DNA of 64,000 nucleotides, from the NCBI RefSeq assembly GCF_009914755.1, contig NC_060935.1, one strand, 5' to 3'. The position numbers and the translations under genes are program-made. Shown piece by piece: positions 1-18,111 of this stretch; the first letter of the stretch is position 1, and each line of letters begins with the position of its first letter. This DNA comes from the human T2T-CHM13v2.0 reference genome, Homo sapiens. The notes under the pieces were generated by a model that was not told the DNA's origin, did not search any database, and saw only the letters and a program-made list of their open reading frames with translations.

Positions 1-963
1 TACTAAGTGCTTAGTATGTGCTAGGCATTTTATAGTATTTCTAATCCTTTTAACGCTGCAAAGGTTGGTATTATCCACTATTAATGGATGAGAAAAGCCA
101 AATTTAAAGAGGTTAAGTAACTTAGCTAAGGATACACAACTAGTAGGAGGTTAAGTTGGGATTCAAGCTCTGATAAATGATTTATAATGCCATGCTGAAT
201 CTTAGCTCTGCCACTTATTTGCTGTGTGACTCAAGCAATTCATTTAACATTTTTGAGTCTGTTTTGTCATTTTTAAAACGTACGCAATGAAAAAACTTCC
301 ATCAAAGAGTGGTTGTTAGGACTAAACTGAGATAACATACAAAATACCAACTATGATGCTTGGTACATGGAAGATGCCCAGTAACTGGTAGTTACTATTA
401 TTTTACACACTCTGAGCAAAGAATGAGATCTAATGGAATGAGAAGTGAAGTGGAAGAAGGGTAACACTAGACCAAACTAACATCATAATTTAAGAAAAAA
501 AGGAAAACTAACAGCCTACAGCAGACAGTGGCATCCACGATTCCAGCAGGACTACCCAGCCTGGCCATGATTTCCAATGTTACTGTTGTAAGTATTAATA
601 CTCAGCTGTTCACAGAAGGCATATCCATGTATTTTCTCTCTAGATCTTCACGATTGTTCCACAAGAGAGATAGGTAATCTACTATCACCCTCATTTTACA
701 GATGAGGAAAAGAAAGTCAGAGAGGTTAAGTGACTTCTGCAAGTTAAAGGACAAATTTCTTCATCTGTAATATAGGGATAATAACAATACTTTATAGGGT
801 TATAGTAAGGTTCAAATGAGCTAATGCCCACAAAGGTGCTCTTTGTAAAATGTAAAACACAACATTTAAAACACAGAACTATGAGAAGGCTGCTAGGAAA
901 GAGGTCAGTGCTAAAATAATTAAAAATCAGAATCTTGAGTCAAAATTAAAAAGGAACAGTTTA

Positions 964-1312
<349 letters not shown>

Positions 1313-1872
1313 TTAATCAATACCCCACCTACGTGTTAAAAGTGAGGTGGAGCAATCAAATCTGAAGGTCTAAAAGATAATATTCACTATATAAAACTTG
1401 CAAATAGTTGATGTGAACAATACTGAAGTTCCGTGACAGAATGGTAAACCACCTTTTGAGAGGTGGTAACTTTTGACAATAGAGTTTTTTGGTGAAGTGT
1501 GGACTCCAGAGCCATGCTATCTTGGGTCCTAACCCTTCACTTTATAATGTATGTGACAAGTAATTTAACTTCTCTGAATCTCTGTTAACTCATCTGTACA
1601 AAAAAGCAAATAGAAGTACCTGCCTCAGAGGGTTTGTCAAGAAGATTAAATGACTTGATGTTGCAAGGTTTTTAGCATAGTGCCTGAAACATGGTAAGCA
1701 ATATCTCTAAGACTGCTTTAGAATAGGAGAAAGAGCAGCAACTCTGTTGAAACTGGAAAAAGTCCTTCAAGGGATTACTGGGCTATTCATGTTTGCAAAT
1801 CAAAAGAATTCCTTTTCAGTCCATGCAAAGTTAAAGATGCACAATAAAGAATACTCCAAAAGGTCCTATTTA

Positions 1873-2025
<153 letters not shown>

Positions 2026-2899
2026 CTAAGAGAGAGGAACAACCAAAACAAACAAAAAACTCATACCTGAGACAAATATTAATTTATACTTTCATTCAAT
2101 AAGCATTTACAGAAAGCCTATTGTTAACACACAGTGTTATGAGCTAAAGACATTCAAATAAAACTTACTCTGTATCCTCAAGAGAAGTAGCAGTCTGCTG
2201 TTAGAGACTAACACATAAAGGCCAGATACAAAACAGTGAGTTCTCTGATGACAAAGCTCATACAGGTGGAGCTTTGAGGACACAGAGAAGGTTGTTAAAT
2301 ATGTCAAACATGGTGCCTGCCAAACTCGTCCAACCCTTTCTAAGGCAAAGTGATCCACTAGTAAACCCCACTGAAAGAAAGATGTTTTTGAAACAAGTAT
2401 GCTACTGACTTGACAAGAGTTGAGTATTTTATCAAAGGGCAGCCAATTCACTGGCTGGATAGCATTTAATAAAATGGCCAAGTGCCAAAAGCTCTGCCCA
2501 ACAGGTGTCACAGTAAAGAGCAAAGCCAACTGCTCCTCTGGATTTTCAACATAAAATTACTCCAGAATTGGCCAGTTGATAGTTGAAAAAGACAGGTCAC
2601 AAAGAGAATCAGAGATCTAAGCCAAAAGCACCTTTGTCAAATTAGTGGTAGAATCAAGGGCCCACCAATTTGAAGAAACCCAAGCTGTAGGGACAACTGT
2701 AACAGTAGAAGGTCAATAAGCCCCAATGTTGAAACCAATAGAAAACATGAGAGGCAAAAAGTGTGAAATTAGAAAAGGGATGATGAGAGGAAGACACCAG
2801 AAAACAGAGCAGAGCTACTTTTGTATCCACCTAAGAAACACAAGGTGGATACAAACCTAGTGTTTATATCCTGAACACATTTCTGTTCCTTGAAACCAA

Positions 2900-3950
2900 A
2901 AAAAGTAAAACTAGAACAGCAACCTAACCTCCAAATAAGGAAGTTGCAGGCAACTACTTCTGGGACAAAGTAACCTTAAATCTCAAGGCTGAGCAGGAGT
3001 TAACTGATACAAAAAGCTCTGCTTAAGTGGTGTCAAGAAGGCTTAAAGGAAATTCAAGGCAGAAGAAAGAGCACATATGAAGATACAGAAGTAGGAGAAG
3101 AGAATATTCAGGAAAGTCTAAGTAGCTGAGCACAGCTGGGCTATCTAGTATAAGGGGAAGAGTGGCAGGAGCTGAGGCTGGAGAAGTACATACAGTCAGT
3201 TTTCAAAGGGTCTTGGATGCCAAGGATTTACATTCCATCTTGAAGGATATAGGGAATCACGGAAAGGCTTTAAGCAGGAAAGTAAAATGTTCAGGTTAGT
3301 GTTTTAGAAAGGTCATTCTCATTGGTGCATAAAGGAGGCAATGGACATAAAGAGAGCTGGGAAACAGCTATACCAGTCTGAAGGCTATTTGGAAGGAGGG
3401 TGAAGGTTTGAATGGAAGCAGTGGCAGTGCAGTGAAGGTAAAGGGATGTCTTCCAGATAATTAAGTTAGTAGTATCTATTAGACTTGGTAAGTAATTACA
3501 TAAGAAAGAGTCAAGGACAAATAACAGGTTCTACTTAGGTGCCTGAGTAAATTATAATTTGAATTAGGGCAGACAAAAAGAGGAAGAACAGATTTGGAAG
3601 AAGTGATAAATTCAGATTTGAACATGTTTGAATTCATTCTTTCATTTACACATCTTTATTGAATACCCAGTATGTGCCAGGCAATGTGTTAGGTGCCAAG
3701 TGTAAACTGCTTCTGAGATATCCAGGTGATAATGACCAGCAGGCAGTTAGATACAGAAATCTCAAACTAAAAGGAAATGTCTGGCTTATATAGAAATGTA
3801 GACATGGAAGTTATCTTCATAAAAATGAGTGCTGAAGCTGTGTTGATAGATGTGATGACCATGGGGAGAAGTGGGTTGATTTGGAAGAGTGCCAGCAATA
3901 GAGTAAGAGTGGAAGCACCAACAGTTAAAGGAAGAAGTACTGGGGTTACC
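2900..3950. mobile_element. L2 LINE remnants
   Basis: Degenerate L2-like motifs (gctttaagcagg..aaatgttcagg, ttcattc..tttattgaatacc..tatgtgccagg). Confidence 0.55.
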
Positions 3951-4479
3951 ACCCTTTTCCTAGTTTTCCTTCTGGCCCAATGACTGAAAAAGAACAGCTT
4001 TGAGTGAGGAAGAAATTAAGACAGTAAAGTTACAAAAACCAAGAAAGAAAACAATTTAAGCACCACATTACACAGAAAAATCAAGTTAAGATGAATACTG
4101 AAGTAGGCAGAAGAATAAATGTGAGGAGAAATATATAAAATAAAGTAATAAAGAAGGAGAGATTGGAGAAAGATGGGGAGGTTTAACTAATCAAAGTCTT
4201 AGAGGAAGCAGAAAGGAATAGAATCCCAAAACTCAGGCAAAAGAAACAGTGAGAAACCATGTGAACTCAGACAGAATAGAAATAAAGACAAACAGTTTTA
4301 AAATGTTGACAATGCCTTTCCCTCTTCCCATCCAATAGTGGGACTGAATCTGTACACCAGATAATTACGAAGGTTCCTTCTAGTCTGAACATTCTAGATT
4401 TAAGACGAAATAATAATTTGGGAGGCATTTGTCTCTCACCCCTATATTCCTCTAATGGATATGGAATGTACAAAGTTAC

Positions 4480-4974
4480 CTGAGAAAAGTTAAAGACCGG
4501 TTGTGTTGTGCCCCATGCGATGACAGATCTGGTGACTTCCTCTGTGCTGAAGAGTTTACAATTTAAATAAACATTGCATGGTGATTGTTTCTCAGATTCT
4601 CCACTAATAAAATCTTTCCCATCTGGCACCATCAACAGCACATGCAACAGCAAAGCACTCTCTTTTGTTGTCCCATTTGTCTGATTGACTAAATTATGGG
4701 AGGCTGGCGTAGCTACGAAGGTTGAAGGATGTGGTGCTACAGGGCTTGGTGACTTTCGGTTGGGGAGCACCAAGTTCTGTGCTTTCTTTGCAGTTTCCTC
4801 ATGAATTTGGTTTAAGTTTTGTGGATTTTTGGTACAGGTCATATCTTGGTTAAGTTCTGGTAGTGCCTTATTTGGACTTGTAGGAGCACAAAGTGGGGTA
4901 TAATGGGTGTTGCCACTTAACTTAGTATTGATACCAGTGAAATCTTTGTTATCTGTAATAAGCTCCATGGTTAC
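4480..4974 (-). CDS. C2CD3: C2CD3 exon 14 (495 nt): [14 protein letters not shown]...[15 protein letters not shown]
   Basis: ttacag|GTA acceptor, CAG|gtaact donor; ORF 4267..4968; includes the start of a C2-like segment ([17 protein letters not shown]). Confidence 0.97.
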
Positions 4975-6487
4975 CTGTAAAACACAAAAGGAGAAGAGTC
5001 AATAAGAATGTCCTTTAGAATTGGAATTAGAATTTTGAGGCTGGAAACAACATCAGATTATTAGGAAATGAATTAACTCATCCTCAAACACTCTAATAGT
5101 AAGAATATTAACAGAATGCATATACATTAACTTGCTAGACTAAGAAAAACTAGACAGATGATTTATCAATAACAAAAGATGAGCCTGGAAGATCAAGTTA
5201 TGCCAGAATATAAGATAGTTCCCAGAAAAGAATGGAGCCATGTTTAAAGGACCCAGAATCCAGCTGAAGAGGCTCCCACTGGCTAAATCTAGGACAACTT
5301 AAGCATCAGAATGAATAACAGTAATGGATTATAAACTATTGAATAAGAATCCATGAATCCATCCTGATATAAAATAAATATGAGAGAAGAAACAGCTTCT
5401 CTATATAGAATGCCAATTAATAAATGCAAAAGAGACGGTAGAGTTAGAAATCACCATTTGACAATCATCACAGTAATAAGTGATTCAGGTTAACCCCAGT
5501 GGAGGAACATTCTTTAAAATAACTGGCATTACTTAAAAATATCAGCATATTGAAAAATAAAGAAAGGCTGCAGAACTGTTCCTGACTAAAGGAGATTAGG
5601 AAGATCTGACAAAATGCAATAGATAATCCTGGACTAGAAAAAAATATTTGCTATAAAGGCACTGGTATAATTGGTGAAATCTCAGTATAGCCTGCAGATA
5701 TAGTATCAATGCTATGCTGACTTTTGTAACTCTAGAGTATTATGCATGATGATGTCCTTGTTCTAAGGAAATACATAAAATATAAACTAAAGAATTTAGG
5801 GGGAAAGAGGCATGATGTACAACTTACTCTCAAATAGTTCACAAAAAAATGTGTATGTACATGTATGGGGGGAGGAGATAAAGGGACAGAGAGAGAGAGG
5901 CAGAGAAGAGGCAGACAGACAATTATAAAGAAAATGTGACAAATAGTAAGAATTGGGGAGTCTCAGTAAAGGGTATAAAAAAGTCTAAATAATTAAAAAG
6001 TAAAAAAGAAAAGGGAAGCAGGATAAATGATGAATTTAAAGAACAGAAGTGGTCACTAACTGTTAGGAGACTCAATTACTAGGGGTAAAAGGTTCTTGCT
6101 GTTTCTTCGATCTGAAATCCTAAGTGTTACATAGCAAGGTTCTTTTACTCTGTTGAATATAGACAGCAATCTATCCAGAATAGTATTTCTCTCAAAAGAG
6201 CCAGAACAGAAAAAATTTCTAGTTGATCAATCCTATTTATAACCCCTTTCTGATTTTAAACTTTGTAGTTCAGAATGAACCAGGCAGACAAAAACTATAA
6301 CTTGGATAGCAAGAGTAGGTGATGTTAATTTTTTGCAATAATAATTGTGTAAGTCTTTAAAGCAAAGTGGTATTTACTAAGACCAAGAAGAGAGACAAGG
6401 CTTTCAAGAAGAAAAGGCAGTATGATAATCAATAACAAAAACACAGAGGCATGAACCAGCATGATACCTTACTGACTCTTTACGTAG

Positions 6488-6989
<502 letters not shown>

Positions 6990-7611
6990 TAACTCACCTG
7001 AATACAAGGAAATAACCCTCTCTCCAATGAATTATATACCAGAATTCATTCTACCAGGCACACTTAGTTACTGCTCTCCTTCTTTATTTCAATTACTCTA
7101 GTCTAAGCCACCATCAATCATCTCTTTTCTGGACTAATGCCACAGCCCATTTCCCTCTTTCCTCTTGCCGTCTATTCTCCACACAGTAATCTTGTAAAAT
7201 GGAAATCAGATGATGTCAGTCCCATGCTTCAACATTCTTTCCTTGGATCTTAGGCTAAAATCTAAACTCTTTACCTTTACCTACAAAGCTCTGATGATAT
7301 GGCTTCTACCTGACTGTTCAACCCTACTTTCTACCACTCTCTCTCTTGCTCACTATCCTCTGGCAACTTTCTATCCCTTGATGACTCCAAGCCCACTCCT
7401 GCTTTAGGGCTGTTGCACCTGTTATTCTCTCTGGAATGGTCTCTGTGTTTTTTACTTACTCCTCTTATTCTTCAAATCTCACCTTCTATTTCACCTCCAT
7501 AGAAAGATCCTCCCTGATCACCATCTCCTACTTTCTCACAGGTACTCACTATCACATCATACCATTTATTTCCTTCATAGTACTTCCACTGCTCTATTTC
7601 AAGAGATGCTA

Positions 7612-7866
<255 letters not shown>

Positions 7867-8388
7867 TTAGATTAATTAAAGAGAAGCCACAGGTGATCTT
7901 AATTAAAGTGACAACATATGATGGCTTATAAAGGAAACCATTCAGGAAGAAAAAAGCTTAATTATCTAAGACAACTCTGAGATCCCACTTTGTCATATTT
8001 TGGTCTCTCTTCTGGCTTTTGCTACTTCCCTCTATAAGATTACAGAGGGTTTTATAAGCCACAAAGTGGTGGGAAGATTATCTTTTTCTATCACTAAGAG
8101 TTAATTCTTACTCAAAATGTTCAACTTCACTATTAAAAATAAAAAATAAAATTTAGATGTCACAAATTTTTGCTATTAAAACTAGGGAAATTGTAAAATT
8201 TAATATATCTAATGCTATCAAGGCTATGGAGAAACAAGAGGCTGTCATATGCGTAAAGCTGGAAATATAAACTGGCAATATGCTTTTGGATGGCAAATTT
8301 GGTAACAGATATTAAAAGCTTTAAATATTTATGCTCTTTGGCCCAGTAATTCCATTTCTGGGAATTTGTACTAAAGAAATAATAAATA

Positions 8389-8705
<317 letters not shown>

Positions 8706-9217
8706 TAAGAAACAATGCATAAAAAGCTTATACACAAATATGTATATGTTAAAAGTAGTTAACAATGAGATATACCTAGTTGTCCAATAATCAGGAATTA
8801 TTAAGCTAATTATATAGCACATCCATATGATGGCATAACATGTAGCCATTAAAATGACATTTACTAAAAGTTTCTAATAATATTAACTGTTATAATGTTT
8901 GATAAAAGGGTATTAACTCATATATATCATAAACCTTCAAATACAAAATTATGTGAAAAACATTAAATAGATATTTTTGAAGAAAAATGAATAAAAACCC
9001 TCAAGATGCTAAATGATAAAAAGGAAGAATAAAACCTACATACAAAATTATACAACATACTGTATTCATTGGAAAAAGACAATGCAGATAGTCATAAATG
9101 TTAACAATAGTTATTTCTTGGTGACAGAATTACAGGCAATTTTTGCCTTTTAAAAATTATTTTTCAAGTTTTCTACAAAAATACGTAAAACTCTTTTATA
9201 ATTAGAAAAAAAATGCC

Positions 9218-9534
<317 letters not shown>

Positions 9535-10376
9535 TTAATTAGGTATAGGAAAATGATTCAATGTAAATACATTGAAATGTTAATAGAGTTTATCTTGAGG
9601 TTATGAAATGATGTGCCTTTCCCACCATTCCTATTTTGCTATAATTTTTCAAAAAGGACCTGTATTGTATATGTCTTCTGAAAAAAATAAAAGAAAACAA
9701 GATGTTCTTCATGCTATCCATACCAAATAAGAGGTCAAAAGATTATAAAGACTACTCTTTTATTGAAGGAAGTAAAAACTGCTTGTTATAGTTTATTGAT
9801 TTACATTATGCCAGCTGCAAGCAATTTTATAAACTTGGAATTAGTTGATCAAAACTGCTACTCACAACTATATTATTTTGGGCTTGGATACCTTATGTAT
9901 TCTGCCTGCAAACAGGAAGTAGAACCTCAAATTAAGGCTAATAGCCTGTATCAATATAGCTACCTTTCTTTAGAAGGGAACAGCACAATAAAGAGGTTAA
10001 GAACTTGAGATCTAAAGACAGCAGATTTGGGATGGTGTCCTGGCTCTTTCATTAGATTGAGTGATCTTAGACATGTTAACTAAATCTCAGTTTCTTCATC
10101 TGTAAAACAAATATAATAATGTACCTAATTCACAGAGTTGTGGTGATTAAAATTGATAGTGTGCTCGTGTAGAGCCTTTAGTATTATATCTGGCCCATGA
10201 CAAACAGCAGAGATTAGTAGTAGTAATAATAATAATGATAATAATAATAATAATAATAATAACAATGGATTATTAGTACTGCCTGCACCTGAAGATTCCT
10301 AGTTTAGGTAAGAATATAATTTTAGGTATCCTCCAAATCCCTAGTGTGAAGGTAAGGCAAAGGCCAAAATCACTCA

Positions 10377-10598
<222 letters not shown>

Positions 10599-11139
10599 TT
10601 AAAATCTCCTGCAGAAATCGAGTCAGTGTGCTTTCACAGAAAGTGCTAGGGTTGTAGGATTGAATGAGCAGGGACAAAGAGAAAACTCTGGAGATAGTAC
10701 ACAGAAGACAGGCAGTGCTATGTTGCTCCGCTTTGCCATGAGAAATGAATGTCAATCATATGAGTACTGGATGTGTAAGGAGACATATCTATATACTTCA
10801 CTGGGTTTTAGGTAATAGCACTGTTTTTAAAAGACTAGTTTGTAGGTAGTATACTAAAAGAAGGGGGCTGGTTGGAGGTGGAACAATGAGGGATAAATAG
10901 AAGAATGGAATAAAAAACTATAATACAAAAATAAGCCTACCTTCTGGACACTCTTACTGTCACAAACAAGTTATCAGGTACTGATGTTAGCTAGTAGTGT
11001 CAGGCAAAGGAGTCTATCTCTTGGGTGGAAAGGAAGGGGTTTCTGCTATAACTATAAGTGTAAGTGGATAAAGTGATGGTGGTATTTGAGTTTGTGCTCA
11101 TGGCCATGGAGTTTTAACTGGTAAATAAAAAGAATTTGA

Positions 11140-11470
11140 GGCCGGGTGCGGTGGCTCACGCCTGTAATCCCAGCACTTTGGGAGGCCGAGATGGGCAGAT
11201 CACGAGGTCAGGAGATCAAGACCATCCTGGCTAACATGGTGAAACCCCGTCTCTACTAAAAATACAACAACAAAAAAAAATTAGCTGGGCGCAGTGGCAG
11301 ACGCCTGTAGTCCCAGCTACTTGGGAGGCTAAGGCAGGAGAGTGGCGTGAACCGGGGAAGCAGAGCTTGCAGTGAGCCTAGAGCACACCACTGCACTCCA
11401 GCCTAGGCAACAGAGTGAGACTCTGTCTCAAAAATAAATAAATAAATAAATAAAATAAAATAAAATAAAA
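11140..11470 (+). mobile_element. Alu (Y-like)
   Basis: Full dimer, TSD aaaaagaatttgag. Confidence 0.95.
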
Positions 11471-12619
11471 AGAATTTGAGACCAGAATCAAAGGATATAA
11501 GTTTAAGCTCCAGTTCTAATACTTACTATTACTTACCACCGCAGAAACAATTTATCACCTATAAAATGATCTTCCTGTCCATTCACTGCTAAGGCTGTTA
11601 AAATGGATCATGAATCTGAAGAATCTTCACAAGAGGCCCAGTTATGTATGAAGAGAATCTGCTATTTCTAGCATTCATTCAAATGACCCATTTTAACCTA
11701 CTGATCTCTCTATTCATCTCTGGCCATATTAACTGGCGACTCTATACTTTTCTTGGCACTGTTGGACAGGATCTGGACCTTGCTATGTGGATCAATGCAC
11801 AGGAACTATGAACAAAAGGTCTGGGGCCAGGAAGCCCACATCCACTAGATCAGTTTATCTGGTTACTCTACCTGGGAAAGGGAAGTAAGATAACACCTGC
11901 ACCTCATTGGTGTGCTGGGAGGATGAACTGAGGTAATAAAGGAAAAAGCACTTTGAACACTGTAAAATTCTTTATGTACAAACAATCCTATTTCAATTTC
12001 TCCTTACTACTTGGGTATGTTCTTGCACTGTTACTATATTTCTTATATAATTCTGTTTCTTAGGCTCATTATTTTTTACCACTGAAAAGTGAGTTAAGGC
12101 AGTAAGTGAAGAAGAAATTCAGGTAAATAACTTGCTAACAGTGTCCCAGAGAAGATTTTTTTCAAGAGTTGAAAGGGATCCAGATTAATACCTAGTCTAA
12201 TCCATATTATTGTTAAGAGAGGCCCACAGGTAAGAAAGTGATTTTGCCTAAGGCATATGATTAGTGTGTGGTATAATCAGAACTAGAACCCAGTCTTGCA
12301 ATTCTTTGCTCAATGCTTATTCCACATTTCCTATATAATCCTTCTCAGAAAAATGTAGAGAAGATCAATCACTGTGGCCAACAACAACAATAATGTTTAA
12401 GAAGCAATACAGATTAAGGCACATTTTGGAATCGAAACGGTGCTAGGTTGAAATTCTAGTTCTACCATAAACCAGCTGTGTGATCTCATAGAAGCTACTT
12501 AACTAATTTATGTCTCAGTTTCCTCTTTCCTCATCTGTGAGTTTCCTCTTTCCTCTTTACGTCCTGATATGCAAAAATTCCTAAGATATAATGTTAAAGG
12601 CAAGGTGCAGAACCATGTA

Positions 12620-12980
12620 CAGGTTGGGCAGCCCTAACCCCAAAACTCAAAATCCAAAATGCTCCAAAATCCAAAACTTTCTGAATGCCAATATGATGCC
12701 AGAGTGGAAAATACCATACCCTACCTCATGTGATGGGTCTCAGTCAAAATGCAGTGAAAACTTTATTTCAAGCACAAAATTATTAAAAATATTGTATAAA
12801 ATTACCTTCAGGCTATGCATATAAGGTCTATATGAAACATAAATGAATTTCATGTTTAGATTTGGGTCCTATCCCCAAGATATCTTATTAATGTATATGC
12901 AAATATTCCAAAATCTGAAAAAATTCGAAATCCTAAATACTTCTGGTTCTAAGCATTTTGAAGAAAGGACACTCAACTTG
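12620..12980. mobile_element. Tigger4b/MER46-like MITE
   Basis: ta-caggttgggca...actcaacttg ends, 361 bp, 'aaatgctccaaaatcc' motif. Confidence 0.8.
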
Positions 12981-13040
12981 TGTATGGTGCATTAATACTT
13001 GCAGAAACATGGGGGATGGGAGGCAGGGGAAGGGATAAAC

Positions 13041-13248
13041 CAAGCTTGTCCAACCCACAAGTGGCCCAGGATGGCTTTGAATGCAGCCCAACACAAATTT
13101 GTAAACTTTCTTAAAACACTGTAAGATTTTTTTGCGATTTTTTTTTTAAGCTCATCAGCTATCATTACTGTTAGTGTATTTTATGTGTGGCCCAAGACAA
13201 TTCTTCTTCCAACGTGGCCCATGGAAGCCAAAAGATTGGACACCCCTG
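13041..13248. mobile_element. MER30 (hAT-Charlie)
   Basis: caagcttgtccaacc...aagattggacacccctg. Confidence 0.82.
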
Positions 13249-13266
13249 GAGTAAACATATTTGCTG

Positions 13267-13267
<1 letters not shown>

Positions 13268-13329
<62 letters not shown>

Positions 13330-13340
13330 CACACACACAT
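13268..13340. repeat. (CA)n/(TA)n microsatellite
   Basis: Directly visible. Confidence 0.95.
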
Positions 13341-13744
13341 TATCTATCTATCTATAATGGCTTAAGGAAGGATATAAAAGCAACAATCTTGATTGTCTGC
13401 AAGGATGCAACCGTTCAATTTTGAACCATGTGAATGGATTATCTATTTCAAAAAGGAAACAAAACAAAGCAAAGTAAAAATTTAAAAATCCCGTGTTACT
13501 ATGCTGTAAAGGAAAAGTTATTTGACTATGTAGTAGGAGTGTTAGGACCACATCTTTTATTTCTCAAACTACTTCCCAGAGAATAAACTTAACACTGATG
13601 AACTAACTATTCATAGATCAAACTGGAGAACCAAGGCAAAGCTATCCTCAGAATATATTAGAAAAGTGGCTGTAATTTTGGGTGGCAGGAACATAAATGT
13701 CTATTATATTATCCTTTTTCTGTATCTGAAATATTTAAAACAAA

Positions 13745-14745
13745 TTAGAAAAAAAAGACAACACCAAAAGCCTAAGCAACAAAAGAAAAAAAAACAGATA
13801 AACTAGAGTACATAAAAATTAAAAACTTTTGTGCTGTAAACAATACCATCTAGAGAGTGAAAGGACAACCCACAGAATGGGAGAAAATATTTGCAAATCA
13901 TAGATCTGATAAGGGGCTTGTATCTAGGATATACAAAGAACTCTTATAACTCAATAACAAAAAGCCTGATTTGAAAGTGAACAAAGGATCTGAATAGACA
14001 TTTCTCCAAAGAAGATCTATAAATGGCCAATAAGCACATGAAAAGATGCTTGACATGATTGGCCATCAGGAAAATGCAAATCAAAATCAATGTGATGTCA
14101 CTTCACATCCACCAGGATGACCAGAATAAAAAAGAATGGAAAGTAACAAGTGTTGACGAGGATGTAGACAAATTAGAACCTTCATATACTGCTAGTGGGA
14201 AAATGGTGCAGCCACTGTTGAAAACAGTCTGGCAGTTCTTGAAAAAGTTAAAACATAAAGTTACCATATGACCCAGCAATTCTACCATTAGATATATACC
14301 CAAGGGAAATGAAAGCACACAGTCCATACAAAACCACGTACACAAATGTTCACATAGCAGCATTATGCAAAATTGCCAGGAAGTGGAAATAACACGAATG
14401 TCCAGCAACTGAGAAAAGGATAAATGAAATGTGGTATATCTATGCAATGGAGTATTACTCAGCCATAGAAAGGAATGAAGTACTGATATATACTATAACA
14501 TGAAACTTAAAAATATTATGGTAAGTCAAAGACAGTAGTCACAAAAATCACAAGTTGCATGATTCCATTTATATGAGACATCCAGAATGGACAAATTGAT
14601 AGGGAAAGAAAGATTAGCAGTTGCTTAGGGCTGGGGGAAGAGGGAAATGCGAAGCGAATGCTAGTAAGTATGGGGTTTCTTTTAGGGGGGATGAAAATGT
14701 TCTAAAATTAGATTGTGGTGATGGTTGCACAGCCTTGAAAATATT
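13745..14745 (+). mobile_element. L1M (MA/MB-like) 3' fragment
   Basis: gaatgggagaaaatatttgcaaatcat, ttaccatatgacccagcaatt motifs. Confidence 0.85.
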
Positions 14746-15399
<654 letters not shown>

Positions 15400-15545
15400 T
15401 CAAAGGCTCCCTTTCTTGTGTTCCCACAGCAATTTTAATACAAAACATCTATTTTGGGCCCTAAAGCTTTATGTTATAGATAGCCATTTAAATGTTTCTC
15501 TCTCCTGCTAACTGTAAGATATGTAAGAACAGAGTCTGTATCTTA

Positions 15546-15953
<408 letters not shown>

Positions 15954-15994
15954 TCACACAAGCAGTGAGGCATACTGCTACAGGCTTCACATGA

Positions 15995-16465
<471 letters not shown>

Positions 16466-18111
16466 TGAGAGTGTATATTCAGGGTAATTTGAATCTATGC
16501 TCCCAGGTAAAAAAAAAATTTAAAAATACTATATAGATATATACACACACACACACACATACATACATATATATATACATACATATATATACACACACTT
16601 ATACACACACAACATATATACACACACATACATTATACAATACATATGAGTACAGAAACTGAAACTCCAAATTTAGGTTTTTCTAGAAGGGACACAGACC
16701 TTATTTCAGTTACCCACTATTCTAATGTAACTACTATTGTCACTTTTGTGTATTCCTTCTCATTTGCTTTCCTTATGCATATTTTCTACACAGTTGTGAT
16801 CACAGTACACATACAACCTAGAATTCTGCTTTCTTCCTTAACCATTTAAATTATACCTATCTTGGTAGAATCAAAAATATGAAAACGACCATACTGCCAA
16901 AAGCAATCTACAAATTCAGTGCAATTCCCATCAAAATACCCTCATCATTCTTCACAGAACTAGGAAAAAAAATGTTAAAATTCATATGGAACCAAAAAAG
17001 AGCCCACATAGCCAAAGCAAGATTAAGCAAAAAGAACAAATCTGGAGGCATCACATTACCTGACTTCAAACTATACTATAAGGCCACAGTCACCAAAACA
17101 GCATGGTATTGGTATAAAAATAGACACATAGACCAATGGAACAGAATAGAGAATCCAGAAATAAAGCCAAATACTTATAGCCAACTGATCTTCAACAAAG
17201 CAAACAAAAACATAAAGTGGTGAAAGGACACCCTATTCAACAAATGGTGCTGGGACAATTGGCAAGCCACATGTAGAAGAATGAAACTGGATGTTCATCT
17301 CTCACCTTATAAAACTATCGACTCAAGATGGATCAAGGACTTAAATCTAAGACCTCAAATCATAAAAATTCTAGAAGATAACAATGGAACAACCCTTCTA
17401 GACATGGTTTAGACAAAGACTTCATATCCAAGAACCCAAAAGCAAATGCAACAAAAACAAAGATAAATAGATGGGACTTAATTAAACTAAAAAGCTTCTG
17501 CACAGCAAAAGAAACAGTCGGCAGAGTAAACAGACAACCCACAGAATGGGAGAAAATCTTCACAATCTATACATCTGACAAAGGACTAATATCCAGAATC
17601 TATAAGGAATGCAAACAAATTAGCAAGAAAAAATCAAACAATCCCATCAAAAAGTGGTCTAAGGACATGAATAAACAATTCTCAAAAGAAGATATACAAA
17701 TGGCCAACAAACGTATGAAAATATGCTCAACATCACTAATGATCAGGGAAATGCAAATCAAAACCACAATGCGATACCACTTTACTCCTGCAAGAATGGC
17801 CATAATAAAAAATTAAAAAAAAAAAGAATGTTGGTGAGGATGTGGTGAAAAGGGAACACTATTACACTGCTGGTGGGAATGTAAACTAGTACAACTACCA
17901 TGGAAAACAGTGTGGACATTCCTTAAAGAACTAAAAGTAGAACTACCATTTGACCCAGCAATCCTACTTCTAGGTATCTACCCAGAGGAAAAGAAGTCAC
18001 TATATGAAAAAGATACTTGTACTTGCATGCTTATAGCAGCACAATTTGCAATTGCAAAAATATGGAACCAGCCTAAATGCCCATCAATCAATGAATGGAT
18101 AAAGAAATTGT

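Noticed and set aside
2137-2529. 130-aa minus-strand ORF in intron 14
   Set aside because: No recognisable homology, non-ATG start, and it is not needed for the spliced C2CD3 frame
4267-4479. ORF extension past the exon 14 donor
   Set aside because: Intronic read-through; the true frame continues in exon 15
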